The position numbers and the translations under genes are program-made. The notes below the pieces were generated by a model. That model was not told the origin of the DNA, did no database searches, and saw only the letters and a list, made by a program, of their open reading frames with translations. Shown piece after piece: positions 41,391-55,281 of a stretch of DNA of 64,000 nucleotides (position 1 is its first letter; every line of letters begins with the position of its first letter). Source of the stretch: Lama guanicoe (lineage: Eukaryota); the NCBI GenBank assembly GCA_013239625.1, contig MU054338.1, forward strand, positions 5,742,724 through 5,806,723. Reading direction: 5' to 3'.

Positions 41391-42009
41391 TGTGATGCAG
41401 GAAAACGGATGTGGGGCGTGAGGAGGGCCATGTCCCAGGTCTCGGTTGAGCCCCTAGGATGTGCGTGGCCAGGTGGGGGTCCTAGGCTTCTGCAGGGAAG
41501 AATTCACGTGCAAGCCACAGTTGAGTAAAGGTAGATTCATTTAGAGAGATACACACTGCATAGAGTTTAAGGCAAGAGAAAGGCAAGCAAAGAGGTGTGG
41601 GAATTGGGTGCTCAGGTTAGAGTAAAAGTAGGTACACACTCCACAGACAGAGTGCGGGCCGTCTCCAAAGAGGAGGGAGCGAAAAAGGGCCATGAGGCGT
41701 GGTGTTGCCAGTATTTATGGGCTCGGTAGCTTCACATGCCTACAGGTGTGACCATTCCAGCTACCCTGGGGAAGGCGCTGCAATTCCCAGGAACTGGGCC
41801 ACCGCCCATTCTTTAGCCTTGGGACTGTCATGGCTCTTGCGGACATGTTATTTATCACGCTGTTACAATGAGCATATAATGAAGCTCAAGGTCTACCAGA
41901 AGTCAAACCTCTTAATCCTCAAGGCCAACTGGGAGTTGAATCTTCCACCATCTTGGTGTTGATTGCTGTCATTCCTTAAAAGGTTGTGCTCTGCCCCCTT
42001 CCTGTCTCA
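41391..42009 (-). mobile_element. ERV1-type LTR; copies at about 47877-48495, 53170-53662 (partial) and 58705-59043 (partial)
   Basis: Minus strand runs TGAGACAGGAAGGGGGCAG...CCCATAAATAC...CCTGCATCA, with TG..CA ends. No target duplication was found. Confidence 0.7.
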
Positions 42010-43125
42010 GTATTATAGCTCGGAGTCCCATCAAAGGGCCAAGTCTCCTGATCTGGAAGTTGGCATTGGGGCCAGGTGGTGTTACAGAAAAAGAAAAGGC
42101 ACTGTCTCTTTAAGGTCTGGAGATCGAACTTATTCCAGTGCTTTCAAATGCAACCCAAGGGTGCATCCCAGGTAACAGAAGCAAAGACAGAAAGAAACCA
42201 GTGCAGACTCTCTTCTGGGACGTTCTCCCAAAAAAGAGAAAGGCTAACAGCACAAACTCTAACCCAGGGTGTTCTGCCCCAGGAAGAGAAAGGCTAACAG
42301 CGCAACCTCCATTCTGGAGTGACTGCCAGAAAGAGAAAGTCTAACATTCCAGCATCCTCTTACTTTGAGAGGCCCCCAAACAGCTCAAGGGCCAAAACCA
42401 GTGCAAGGGCTGAAAAGCCAACACAAGGGGCCAAAAAACAAAGAAAAAATGGGGGGGGGCCTCCCATCGGCAACTTCTACCTGGCGCAGTGATCAGAGGC
42501 AGGAGGCTGGGCGAATCTGGAGACATGATCCACAAAAAACGAAGAGAAGCTGCAGAGGGGCACCCCGTGGTTGGGCCCAAGAACCAAGGAGAGTCTTGAG
42601 GGCCAGAGTCAGAGGAAGGGAGAGATAGAGGAAGAGGGGGATGGAGGAAGGGTATTTAGAAAAGAAAAGATGCCTTTCCCTTGTGCATTCACCACTACGG
42701 GCCGGGGGTTATTTCTGTCACAGATCGAGTTTCAGAGCCCGCTGGGAGTAGCCCAGCCTGGGTTCCTCAGTCCGCGGCAGGACGTCAGGGCATTTCTGAA
42801 CACTAGGGGGCAGCAGGAAGGTATAAAAGAGGAAAGGAAAATAGAAGACGGAAGCCTGCCCTGATGACCTGGCCTTCAGAGCAGAGTGTCTGATCAAGCC
42901 AGGGGGACACTCCTGCAGGGAGAGGCAGGAAGAGAGAGATGTCCAAAGGGCTCCCACAGAGTCCTAGCCACGTACGGGCCACCAAATGTCCCGTGCACAA
43001 CGGGGTGGCCCACACAGCGACATGGTGATGGGCAGGTTGGTAAAAGAATTTACCAGAGACAAGGTATGGGAATAGAAAGGAGTTTATTAGGGTACACTGT
43101 CATAGATGAGGGGTGCCTGTGTGAG
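42010..43125 (-). mobile_element. gammaretrovirus-like ERV 5' fragment: R/U5, tRNA-Ile PBS, leader and gag matrix remnant; copies at about 48496-49611 and 59044-59920 (partial)
   Basis: Minus strand reads ...GGGACA-TT-TGGTGGCCCGTACGTGGC (PBS 42984-42967, 16/18 to the tRNA-Ile(AAU) 3' end). Minus 42170-42010 translates PLGCI*KHWNKFDLQTLKRQCLFFFCNTTWPQCQLPDQETWPFDGTPSYN, a gamma-like Gag MA. Confidence 0.85.
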
Positions 43126-44081
43126 CCTGGACATTCTTTTCTTGATAAACATTTAAACCGAATCTATTTTCTTCCCATTATTATTTCCATAAATTTTTGA
43201 TAAATTTTTGTATATAGAAACTTCCATCCCTATTTTTGTAGAAGTTATCCAAAATGCTGACAGGACAGATGACCCAGGAAGTTTCCCAAGATATACCCAC
43301 ACCCAGAGGACTTCCCGTAGGATGTCTGTGCCCAGAAAAGATTTTGGCAGGAGAGGCATAAGATTTCATACAACACAGTTCCAGGTGGTTATTCTCTGCT
43401 TTCTTCTCATAGTAAAATATCCACAAACAAACAAACCAAAAATAAATAACCCTTTCAAAATCAGCAATTCATTGGCTGTGGGAAAATGATAACAAAATAC
43501 GGCACCTCTTCAAATGCACCACGGAGGACAATTAGTTGATAATGATGCCATGAATTAGAGACAAGTTGCCTTTGGGAAGGCGGGGAGGGATCTAGAAATT
43601 TAGAGATTTATTGTCAGCCACTGGGAGAGCTAGGATGGAGGGAGTGTGTTGTGAATTTGAGACTGTGCTTCCCAAACATTTGGAAAACTCAGGAGACAGC
43701 GAGTCCCCTTGGGAGAAAGGAGGTAGTGCGGACCCCACAGACCACAGCTTCTTCCATGCATAAAGCCCAGACACCCAGGCTGAGGACCCTCCCCGTGGTC
43801 ACCGCACAATCTAGGGGAGACGAGGGGCTGCGGCGTAGAGTTACGCAGAGAGGCTCCAGGGTCAAGGCCAAAGTCAGCGCGCGCAGTGACACGACAGGAA
43901 ATCGGGGTCCAGGCTGCGGGTCCAGCCCTTATGCTGCGAGTCACGGGACACTGAGGTCAGAGCGGCCTCCTGGGCAGAGTCGGGTGCGCAGACTCCGGAG
44001 TCGACCATGGGGGAGTCAGGATCCCACCGCCCCCAGTTCAGGCTTAAACCCTCCCCGTGTCCTGGGACACAGGCCCCACAC

Positions 44082-44365
44082 ACTCACCATTTCCGGGCTT
44101 CTGGGGTCCCCCGGCGCCCTCCCTTCCAGTCCCGCTGCCAGTGCAGGTCACAGCGCTGCAGACGCGGCGGCAGAAACGCCTGGGGCATCAGGCGCAGGTG
44201 AAAGGAGCCTCCACGTGGTTGGCTGAGCGTCGCCCCACCCACCTCCCCTTGTGCACCCCTAATTGGACAGGTCACATAAACCCGCCCCCTCTCCCTGAGT
44301 GACAACAGGGCAGGGACACGTGATCCAATGAAAGTGCTTCCACCAGTGGACGGGAACTTGTCCTT
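44082..44365 (-). promoter_or_regulatory. KRAB-ZNF-type promoter/first exon (identical duplicate of the 37.6-kb copy)
   Basis: ATG 44090-44088 followed by GTGAGTG. Confidence 0.6.
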
Positions 44366-47300
44366 TCCTAGGATGCTTGCTTTTACACAACACTTGTTCA
44401 TAGGTATTCTTAACAAATGCTTTGCAAAATCATAGGATGAAAATTACAGGATTTATGGGGAAACTGGAATTGGGGTTCAATACTCAAAAACTGCCCGGAC
44501 ATAAAAAAAAAAATAGTAATCTAATAAAACAGCAGTTTTACATATGTTGAATAGTTAAGAATTATAAAACCACTAAAGGATATAGAACACTTTTACCCTG
44601 AAAGGGTTCTGTCCTTTGCCTGTAGGAGGGGTCATCAGAAAGCTTGGACCTTGTGAGTTATCCTCAAGAGGTGGAAGGAGGCTTACCTGAAACCACAGTG
44701 AGTCAGAACCCAAGATGGATATGGGGATCCCTCCTAACACCTACGGACTGAGCTGGTAAATTTCCGAGCTGTGCACATGCGTTTTGTGTCTGCCGGTGCG
44801 ACTAGGTTCAGCTGGGCGCGGTTTCCTGCACTTAACTCGCGTTTCGTTTGTGCGCCTTGCAGATGAAATTGCACAGAAGCAATACAAAATTTTACATTAT
44901 GTTCAAGTTTTCCCCTAATATATTGGGTGACACAGAAAATAAAATCATGTTCTCAAAACAAGCATTATCCCAGAACTGACTGTATGTAGACATAATTTTT
45001 TTCTAAACCACTTGAAAGTTGAAAATATCATGACACTTCACCATTTAGTATTTCAGTAAGAATCACCAAACTCGGATGATTGTCCTGTGTAACCATGATA
45101 CAAACACCATGCTTCAGAAATTAAGAAAACCTTGGTGTCATCTAATATGCAGTGCATTTTCCAAATTTTCCCCAAAATCTCAACTTTATAGGTGGCCCTT
45201 TTGAAACTAGAATTCAATCAAGCTCCGTATATGAATTAGATTGTCTTTTTCGTATCCCTCTATTTGGAATAGTCATATTTGGAACTCTTCCCTTCAACCA
45301 GTTTTTACCATGATATTGACCTTTACAGACACCAGAACAGAATCTGCCTTTGTCTGCTTGCTTTAGATGTGCTCTTGAATAGGGCTATACTTGAGTGGAA
45401 TTATTCATAAAGTAAGTCTTATTAAATGAGTAAATTGGAAAAAAATTATTCATTGTCAAATCATTGTCAGATTGCTCCCGAGACAAATTCTCAAACAAGA
45501 CATGAAGGATAAAGCTATCAAGAAGGGTCTTCAAAGGTGCCCTGGTAGGAGGGGGAAGCCAAGCCAAGACAAACTACTGGCTCCTAGCTGTTTCTCACGT
45601 GTTCCCATGCCAGTCCTATAAGGGTTTTGAAAGGTTTCAAGGTTGAGCAAGGAAAAAGATATGACCACTAGATGGCAGTAGACACACAAGCTTTATTGGG
45701 CAAATGTCTCTTGCATGCAGGAGAGGTACCTGGGATCATGACACCTTCAAGAGGTTGTAACATGGGAATCACTACTCAGAAGGGAAGAAGGGCAAGGGAA
45801 ATCCTACTGGAGAGAGGGGAGGTGGTTAGAGAGGAAGCCTACATGTCCAGATGATGTCACTCAACAACCTGGTGGGTGTCTCTGGGTTAGACAACTCTGA
45901 AGGGCAGCAGAGGCTTAAGTTTTTATACTGAATAGGTTTATCTTTCTCTGCATAACAGACTTTTGATAAATAAACCACTCAGATAATATTATCCATATTA
46001 TGTATAACTATTCATTATTGTCTATAATTTTTTTCATTCAGATATTAGAAAACAATCAAAACAGCTTTAGCTCTATTCATCAGGGGATTTCCCCCCTTCT
46101 TTTAAATGTCTCGGTGAACAACTACTCTCAGTCACCAAGACTCACAGATAGCTGTTCTCCCTCAGATCAATGACCAGCCTCAAAGCTTCTGCTACTGAAT
46201 CTAGCCATGTCTTCCATCACTGAGTATACAGTAAGCACATCCTTATGACTACTGTATCCCAGAAATCTCATTTTATAACTAAGATCTTTTCAGAATACCC
46301 TTATTGTAACTTACCTGTTTTGTTTGGTCAACTGACGTATAAAATTTCACATCTGCATATTTAAGTTGCACATGCTTTTCCCATGTGTTATTGAAACTCA
46401 GAGTTTGAAATTTTTAATTTAAAATACAATTTTAAATTAAATTTAAAATTAACATTTTATTTCTGAATGCAGAATTTAGCCTATTTTTACCAGTTATAAT
46501 GTTTTCCTCATCCTTTTAAATCATAATTTTTTTAATTTACTTGAGTTGGCAACTTTATCAACTACTAAGCTTCCATGAGCCTCTGTATTTTAACTCAATT
46601 TGTTGGAGTTTTTTCTCCAACAATGAACTTTAAAGGATGTTTTCATAATATTGCCTTTATCCATAACCTCTCTCATGTTTCCCCTCCACCCCAGAAATTT
46701 ATCATTACTCCTTGAAAAAATTTCCCATCTTGTGAATTTGAGAATCAACATCTCTGCTTAAGTGATATTATGGTTCTAACCTTATTACTTTAAATCAAAT
46801 ACTTTGGGTGAAAATGAGCTCCTTGCAATATTGTAACTATTGATAAAAATGTACCTCTATTTAATCAGCAATTTTATTTCCTATCATAATATTTCATCAT
46901 ATTTTGTTTCATTTTGTTGTATTGAGTTTATTTTTTTAATATTTTATTTATTTTGTATTATTTAATATTTTTTTTATTTTGGAGGAGGGTGGGAGCAGTA
47001 ATGAGTAATTAGGTTTATTTATTTTTAGAGCAGGTACTGGGGATTGAGCTCAGGACCTCATGCATGCTAAGCATGTGCTCTGCTGCTTGAGCTATACCCC
47101 TCCTTGTAATATTGGCTTTAGAAGTCATTGATGTGTCAATATTTTTATAATTACCTTCCTACCAATTGCTCTGAGTTTATTTTCCTCTTCCTTTTTCAAT
47201 TTCTTGAGAAAGGGGCTCACATGATTCAAGTCAGACATTTCTTCTCTTTTACTGTAAGCATATAATGCAATCATTTTCCCTCTTAGCTCCATTTTATTTG

Positions 47301-49687
47301 CATCCCACAAATTGTGACATGCTGTATTTTCATGTTCATTGCTTTTACCGATTTTTAAAATTTCCTTTGAGAGTTTCTATTTTTACAATAGGTTACTTAC
47401 AAGTGTGTTGAACAATTTCCAATTATTTGGAGATTTTCTCATCATCTATATGTTATTGCTTTAAAATTGGTTCCCTCGTGGTCAGAGAACATACTCTGTA
47501 TGATTTCAGTTCTTTTTATTTTGTGCTTTTTTTTTTAATGACCCTGAATATGTTATATTTTCGGGGATATTTCATGGGGTCTTGATAATAATGTGTATTC
47601 TGCTATTGTTGAACGAAGCAGCCACCCAGTTTCAACCGAGTGTTCCACAAATGTCTGCTTGAGACTGGTGGTTGATGGTTGACCGGTTCTTCTATATTCT
47701 TGCTGCCTTTTTGTCAGTTACTGTTGTCAGTTGCTGAGGAGGGTACTGAAGTTCTCAGCTATTATTTTGGATTCCCCTATTTTTTCCACTCAGTTATCTC
47801 AGTTTTCTCAAGATTCAGTTTTATGTTGAGAATTTTCAAACAGAAAGAAAACCTCAAAGATTTTTACATGAACACTTGTGATGCAGGAAAACGGATGTGG
47901 GGCGTGAGGAGGGCCATGTCCCAGGTCTCGGTTGAGCCCCTAGGATGTGCGTGGCCAGGTGGGGGTCCTAGGCTTCTGCAGGGAAGAATTCACGTGCAAG
48001 CCACAGTTGAGTAAAGGTAGATTCATTTAGAGAGATACACACTGCATAGAGTTTAAGGCAAGAGAAAGGCAAGCAAAGAGGTGTGGGAATTGGGTGCTCA
48101 GGTTAGAGTAAAAGTAGGTACACACTCCACAGACAGAGTGCGGGCCGTCTCCAAAGAGGAGGGAGCGAAAAAGGGCCATGAGGCGTGGTGTTGCCAGTAT
48201 TTATGGGCTCGGTAGCTTCACATGCCTACAGGTGTGACCATTCCAGCTACCCTGGGGAAGGCGCTGCAATTCCCAGGAACTGGGCCACCGCCCATTCTTT
48301 AGCCTTGGGACTGTCATGGCTCTTGCGGACATGTTATTTATCACGCTGTTACAATGAGCATATAATGAAGCTCAAGGTCTACCAGAAGTCAAACCTCTTA
48401 ATCCTCAAGGCCAACTGGGAGTTGAATCTTCCACCATCTTGGTGTTGATTGCTGTCATTCCTTAAAAGGTTGTGCTCTGCCCCCTTCCTGTCTCAGTATT
48501 ATAGCTCGGAGTCCCATCAAAGGGCCAAGTCTCCTGATCTGGAAGTTGGCATTGGGGCCAGGTGGTGTTACAGAAAAAGAAAAGGCACTGTCTCTTTAAG
48601 GTCTGGAGATCGAACTTATTCCAGTGCTTTCAAATGCAACCCAAGGGTGCATCCCAGGTAACAGAAGCAAAGACAGAAAGAAACCAGTGCAGACTCTCTT
48701 CTGGGACGTTCTCCCAAAAAAGAGAAAGGCTAACAGCACAAACTCTAACCCAGGGTGTTCTGCCCCAGGAAGAGAAAGGCTAACAGCGCAACCTCCATTC
48801 TGGAGTGACTGCCAGAAAGAGAAAGTCTAACATTCCAGCATCCTCTTACTTTGAGAGGCCCCCAAACAGCTCAAGGGCCAAAACCAGTGCAAGGGCTGAA
48901 AAGCCAACACAAGGGGCCAAAAAACAAAGAAAAAATGGGGGGGGGCCTCCCATCGGCAACTTCTACCTGGCGCAGTGATCAGAGGCAGGAGGCTGGGCGA
49001 ATCTGGAGACATGATCCACAAAAAACGAAGAGAAGGTGCAGAGGGGCACCCCGTGGTTGGGCCCAAGAACCAAGGAGAGTCTTGAGGGCCAGAGTCAGAG
49101 GAAGGGAGAGATAGAGGAAGAGGGGGATGGAGGAAGGGTATTTAGAAAAGAAAAGATGCCTTTCCCTTGTGCATTCACCACTACGGGCCGGGGGTTATTT
49201 CTGTCACAGATCGAGTTTCAGAGCCCGCTGGGAGTAGCCCAGCCTGGGTTCCTCAGTCCGCGGCAGGACGTCAGGGCATTTCTGAACACTAGGGGGCAGC
49301 AGGAAGGTATAAAAGAGGAAAGGAAAATAGAAGACGGAAGCCTGCCCTGATGACCTGGCCTTCAGAGCAGAGTGTCTGATCAAGCCAGGGGGACACTCCT
49401 GCAGGGAGAGGCAGGAAGAGAGAGATGTCCAAAGGGCTCCCACAGAGTCCTAGCCACGTACGGGCCACCAAATGTCCCGTGCACAACGGGGTGGCCCACA
49501 CAGCGACATGGTGATGGGCAGGTTGGTAAAAGAATTTACCAGAGACAAGGTATGGGAATAGAAAGGAGTTTATTAGGGTACACTGTCATAGATGAGGGGT
49601 GCCTGTGTGAGCCTGGACATTCTTTTCTTGATAAACATTTAAACCGAATCTATTTTCTTCCCATTATTATTTCCATAAATTTTTGAT

Positions 49688-51405
49688 AAATTTTTGTATA
49701 TAGAAACTTCCATCCCTATTTTTGTAGAAGTTATCCATAGTGGGAGAAAAGAAATACTACAAAGCTGAGAGAAACTACAAATACCGCCCCATACACGTAA
49801 CACAAATGTGTTGTATTGTTTTCATCTAAGACCGTATACAACAGAATCAGCAGCCCCATACTATTGTCTTCGTGTATAATGATTTAAGAATCTCTGTAAT
49901 CCCCTTGATCCGAGATAGGGTGTGTCTCAGGATTACCTGCTGATTGGATTGTCCACTCCTTCCGTAAACGTGCAGTCCGAGGCAGAAGTCACTGCAGTTT
50001 CCAGCCAGCCTCCGACGGTCTGCATCTCAGGAGCGGGTCACAGCACAGCCCGGGGACGATGGGGGGACCTGCGTGCGGCCATTTTCCCCGTCAGCTGATT
50101 CTGGTGAGTGTGGAATCCATGTGGATAGCAAAAGTGTCCTTTTGTATCACTTTTTCTTCTGTAAAATCTCTTTAAGTTAGCAGAATTCAGCTCTTAAAAC
50201 AAGAAGTTGTCTTATTGAAAGTTATCTCCTTGGTGTCAGTATTAAGGCATATTCAAGAGTTTGTATATTTTTGGATCTGAAGCTTTCTTGGGAAAATGGT
50301 CCAGGTTTTTGTTTTTAAACCAGCATCACTGGGCACTGGAAGTCGTATTTAACCCTGTGCTGTTCAAATTGTTCTTCTCTGGAAAATTCTTTACCCACAT
50401 GGGCTTGGTTTTATTTTTCTTTCTGTAATTAAGTGCTCTGCTCAAATGTGTCATCAGTCAGGCTCTCCCTAATGTCCTCAACTGAAATTGTAGTTAATTC
50501 TTTCCCCCTCTCTCCCTTCTTACTTCTCTTCCACCTTATCTCCTCTGTCTCATGTCTATTAACCCTTCTCATCAAGATTTTTTTAAAAACTGGGGCAATG
50601 ACTTTGCTAAGTGAAAACCGGAATCATGGGTTTGAGTACACAAGTGGCATATATTAAGTGCTGTATAAATGTGAGGATCAAGCAATTTTCCCTGCGGACG
50701 GGACACCTTGAGCCTTGAAAAGGGTAGTGTTGATAATTATGGCAGGACAACAGGAATGAAATGAGATTCATGCTTTCCCCCTTTAAAAATATATCTAAGG
50801 ACAGAAATGAGAGATTTCAAAAGAAAGACGCACTGATGAGCTTTACACTTTAAACAGATTATTGCAACTAGAGTCTTAGACTGGATTACAGAGAAAAAGG
50901 ATTTGAAATCTTAAGGGCAATTGATTGCATTCTACCACAGAAGAGATTATGCCATTACAATTATAGTTGAGTGAACTTATTTGAAAAATTCAGGGAAAAA
51001 AGAGGTTTTTTGGAAGTTACCAAGCCCATAAATACCAACAACCGTACACCTCGTGGCTTTTTCTCTTGCCTCTCTCTTGCTTTTTGAGATGCCCAACACC
51101 CTTGTCATTGGACCGTGTATCTACTTTTACTTTAAACCCCACCCCTACACCTCGTGGCCTCTCTGGCCTTCTGAGACTGCCTACGCTCTGTCTATGGAGC
51201 GTGTATCCTCTGAATATACCTACCTTCACTCTAAAAAATAATAGAAAAGAAAAAAGTTTGAGTTTGAACGATTCCTGAGCATTGCCTAAGAGAAACGCAT
51301 TAAGTGAATAGTATGTCAATGTAAAACTTCAAAGTCCACACCAGCCTTCTGTTGACTGATTCTCCAATTTAGTGAGAGAAAAAAAAAAAAAAACAATAGA
51401 AAATA
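49688..51405 (+). promoter_or_regulatory. retrogene-B promoter, exon 1 and partial intron without a coding exon
   Basis: Near-identical to 54860-56577, with the donor at 50104. Cut at 51405, where the sequence jumps back to the equivalent of 46114. Confidence 0.6.
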
Positions 51406-53662
51406 AGTGAACAACTACTCTCAGTCACCAAGACTCACAGATAGCTGTTCTCCCTCAGATCAATGACCAGCCTCAAAGCTTCTGCTACTGAATCTAGCCA
51501 TGTCTTCCATCACTGAGTATACAGTAAGCACATCCTTATGACTACTGTATCCCAGAAATCTCATTTTATAACTAAGATCTTTTCAGAATACCCTTATTGT
51601 AACTTACCTGTTTTGTTTGGTCAACTGACGTATAAAATTTCACATCTGCATATTTAAGTTGCACATGCTTTTCCCATGTGTTATTGAAACTCAGAGTTTG
51701 AAATTTTTAATTTAAAATACAATTTTAAATTAAATTTAAAATTAACATTTTATTTCTGAATGCAGAATTTAGCCTATTTTTACCAGTTATAATGTTTTCC
51801 TCATCCTTTTAAATCATAATTTTTTTAATTTACTTGAGTTGGCAACTTTATCAACTACTAAGCTTCCATGAGCCTCTGTATTTTAACTCAATTTGTTGGA
51901 GTTTTTTCTCCAACAATGAACTTTAAAGGATGTTTTCATAATATTGCCTTTATCCATAACCTCTCTCATGTTTCCCCTCCACCCCAGAAATTTATCATTA
52001 CTCCTTGAAAAAATTTCCCATCTTGTGAATTTGAGAATCAACATCTCTGCTTAAGTGATATTATGGTTCTAACCTTATTACTTTAAATCAAATACTTTGG
52101 GTGAAAATGAGCTCCTTGCAATATTGTAACTATTGATAAAAATGTACCTCTATTTAATCAGCAATTTTATTTCCTATCATAATATTTCATCATATTTTGT
52201 TTCATTTTGTTGTATTGAGTTTATTTTTTTAATATTTTATTTATTTTGTATTATTTAATATTTTTTTTATTTTGGAGGAGGGTGGGAGCAGTAATGAGTA
52301 ATTAGGTTTATTTATTTTTAGAGCAGGTACTGGGGATTGAGCTCAGGACCTCATGCATGCTAAGCATGTGCTCTGCTGCTTGAGCTATACCCCTCCTTGT
52401 AATATTGGCTTTAGAAGTCATTGATGTGTCAATATTTTTATAATTACCTTCCTACCAATTGCTCTGAGTTTATTTTCCTCTTCCTTTTTCAATTTCTTGA
52501 GAAAGGGGCTCACATGATTCAAGTCAGACATTTCTTCTCTTTTACTGTAAGCATATAATGCAATCATTTTCCCTCTTAGCTCCATTTTATTTGCATCCCA
52601 CAAATTGTGACATGCTGTATTTTCATGTTCATTGCTTTTACCGATTTTTAAAATTTCCTTTGAGAGTTTCTATTTTTACAATAGGTTACTTACAAGTGTG
52701 TTGAACAATTTCCAATTATTTGGAGATTTTCTCATCATCTATATGTTATTGCTTTAAAATTGGTTCCCTCGTGGTCAGAGAACATACTCTGTATGATTTC
52801 AGTTCTTTTTATTTTGTGCTTTTTTTTTTAATGACCCTGAATATGTTATATTTTCGGGGATATTTCATGGGGTCTTGATAATAATGTGTATTCTGCTATT
52901 GTTGAACGAAGCAGCCACCCAGTTTCAACCGAGTGTTCCACAAATGTCTGCTTGAGACTGGTGGTTGATGGTTGACCGGTTCTTCTATATTCTTGCTGCC
53001 TTTTTGTCAGTTACTGTTGTCAGTTGCTGAGGAGGGTACTGAAGTTCTCAGCTATTATTTTGGATTCCCCTATTTTTTCCACTCAGTTATCTCAGTTTTC
53101 TCAAGATTCAGTTTTATGTTGAGAATTTTCAAACAGAAAGAAAACCTCAAAGATTTTTACATGAACACTTGTGATGCAGGAAAACGGATGTGGGGCGTGA
53201 GGAGGGCCATGTCCCAGGTCTCGGTTGAGCCCCTAGGATGTGCGTGGCCAGGTGGGGGTCCTAGGCTTCTGCAGGGAAGAATTCACGTGCAAGCCACAGT
53301 TGAGTAAAGGTAGATTCATTTAGAGAGATACACACTGCATAGAGTTTAAGGCAAGAGAAAGGCAAGCAAAGAGGTGTGGGAATTGGGTGCTCAGGTTAGA
53401 GTAAAAGTAGGTACACACTCCACAGACAGAGTGCGGGCCGTCTCCAAAGAGGAGGGAGTGAAAAAGGGCCATGAGGCGTGGTGTTGCCAGTATTTATGGG
53501 CTCGGTAGCTTCACATGCCTACAGGTGTGACCATATACAGGTGTGTCCAGCTACCCTGGGGAAGGCGCTGCAATTCCCAGGAACTGGGCCACCGCCCATT
53601 CTTTAGCCTTGGGACTGTCATGGCTCTTGCGGACATGTTATTTATCACGCTGTTATGTTACA

Positions 53663-54540
53663 NNNNNNNNNNNNNNNNNNNNNNNNNNNNNNNNNNNNNN
53701 NNNNNNNNNNNNNNNNNNNNNNNNNNNNNNNNNNNNNNNNNNNNNNNNNNNNNNNNNNNNNNNNNNNNNNNNNNNNNNNNNNNNNNNNNNNNNNNNNNNN
53801 NNNNNNNNNNNNNNNNNNNNNNNNNNNNNNNNNNNNNNNNNNNNNNNNNNNNNNNNNNNNNNNNNNNNNNNNNNNNNNNNNNNNNNNNNNNNNNNNNNNN
53901 NNNNNNNNNNNNNNNNNNNNNNNNNNNNNNNNNNNNNNNNNNNNNNNNNNNNNNNNNNNNNNNNNNNNNNNNNNNNNNNNNNNNNNNNNNNNNNNNNNNN
54001 NNNNNNNNNNNNNNNNNNNNNNNNNNNNNNNNNNNNNNNNNNNNNNNNNNNNNNNNNNNNNNNNNNNNNNNNNNNNNNNNNNNNNNNNNNNNNNNNNNNN
54101 NNNNNNNNNNNNNNNNNNNNNNNNNNNNNNNNNNNNNNNNNNNNNNNNNNNNNNNNNNNNNNNNNNNNNNNNNNNNNNNNNNNNNNNNNNNNNNNNNNNN
54201 NNNNNNNNNNNNNNNNNNNNNNNNNNNNNNNNNNNNNNNNNNNNNNNNNNNNNNNNNNNNNNNNNNNNNNNNNNNNNNNNNNNNNNNNNNNNNNNNNNNN
54301 NNNNNNNNNNNNNNNNNNNNNNNNNNNNNNNNNNNNNNNNNNNNNNNNNNNNNNNNNNNNNNNNNNNNNNNNNNNNNNNNNNNNNNNNNNNNNNNNNNNN
54401 NNNNNNNNNNNNNNNNNNNNNNNNNNNNNNNNNNNNNNNNNNNNNNNNNNNNNNNNNNNNNNNNNNNNNNNNNNNNNNNNNNNNNNNNNNNNNNNNNNNN
54501 NNNNNNNNNNNNNNNNNNNNNNNNNNNNNNNNNNNNNNNN
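53663..54540. other. assembly gap (878 N)
   Basis: Run of N. Confidence 1.
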
Positions 54541-54859
54541 AGAGTGTCTGATCAAGCCAGGGGGACACTCCTGCAGGGAGAGGCAGGAAGAGAGAGATGT
54601 CCAAAGGGCTCCCACAGAGTCCTAGCCACGTACGGGCCACCAAATGTCCCGTGCACAACGGGGTGGCCCACACAGCGACATGGTGATGGGCAGGTTGGTA
54701 AAAGAATTTACCAGAGACAAGGTATGGGAATAGAAAGGAGTTTATTAGGGTACACTGTCATAGATGAGGGGTGCCTGTGTGAGCCTGGACATTCTTTTCT
54801 TGATAAACATTTAAACCGAATCTATTTTCTTCCCATTATTATTTCCATAAATTTTTGAT

Positions 54860-55281
54860 AAATTTTTGTATATAGAAACTTCCATCCCTATTTTTGTAGA
54901 AGTTATCCATAGTGGGAGAAAAGAAATACTACAAAGCTGAGAGAAACTACAAATACCGCCCCATACACGTAACACAAATGTGTTGTATTGTTTTCATCTA
55001 AGACCGTATACAACAGAGTCAGCAGCCCCATACTATTGTCTTCGTGTATAATGATTTAAGAATCTCTGTAATCCCCTTGATCCGAGATAGGGTGTGTCTC
55101 AGGATTACCTGCTGATTGGATTGTCCACTCCTTCCGTAAACGTGCAGTCCGAGGCAGAAGTCACTGCAGTTTCCAGCCAGCCTCCGACGGTCTGCATCTC
55201 AGGAGCGGGTCACAGCACAGCCCGGGGACGATGGGGGGACCTGCGTGCGGCCATTTTCCCCGTCAGCTGATTCTGGTGAGT
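54860..55281 (+). promoter_or_regulatory. promoter and first exon of retrogene B copy 1
   Basis: Near-identical to 17425-17846. Donor GTGAGT at 55276 and acceptor TTTTGCAG ending at 56760. Confidence 0.6.

Larger units (their letters stand above)
36768..49737 (+). repeat. direct duplication, unit about 6485 bp (36768-43251 / 43253-49737), near-identical
   Basis: The ORF track repeats with an offset of 6485-6486 and only a handful of substitutions. Confidence 0.95.

Noticed and set aside
53515..54858. Long ORFs of 298-447 aa
   Set aside because: They are artefacts of translating through the N gap.
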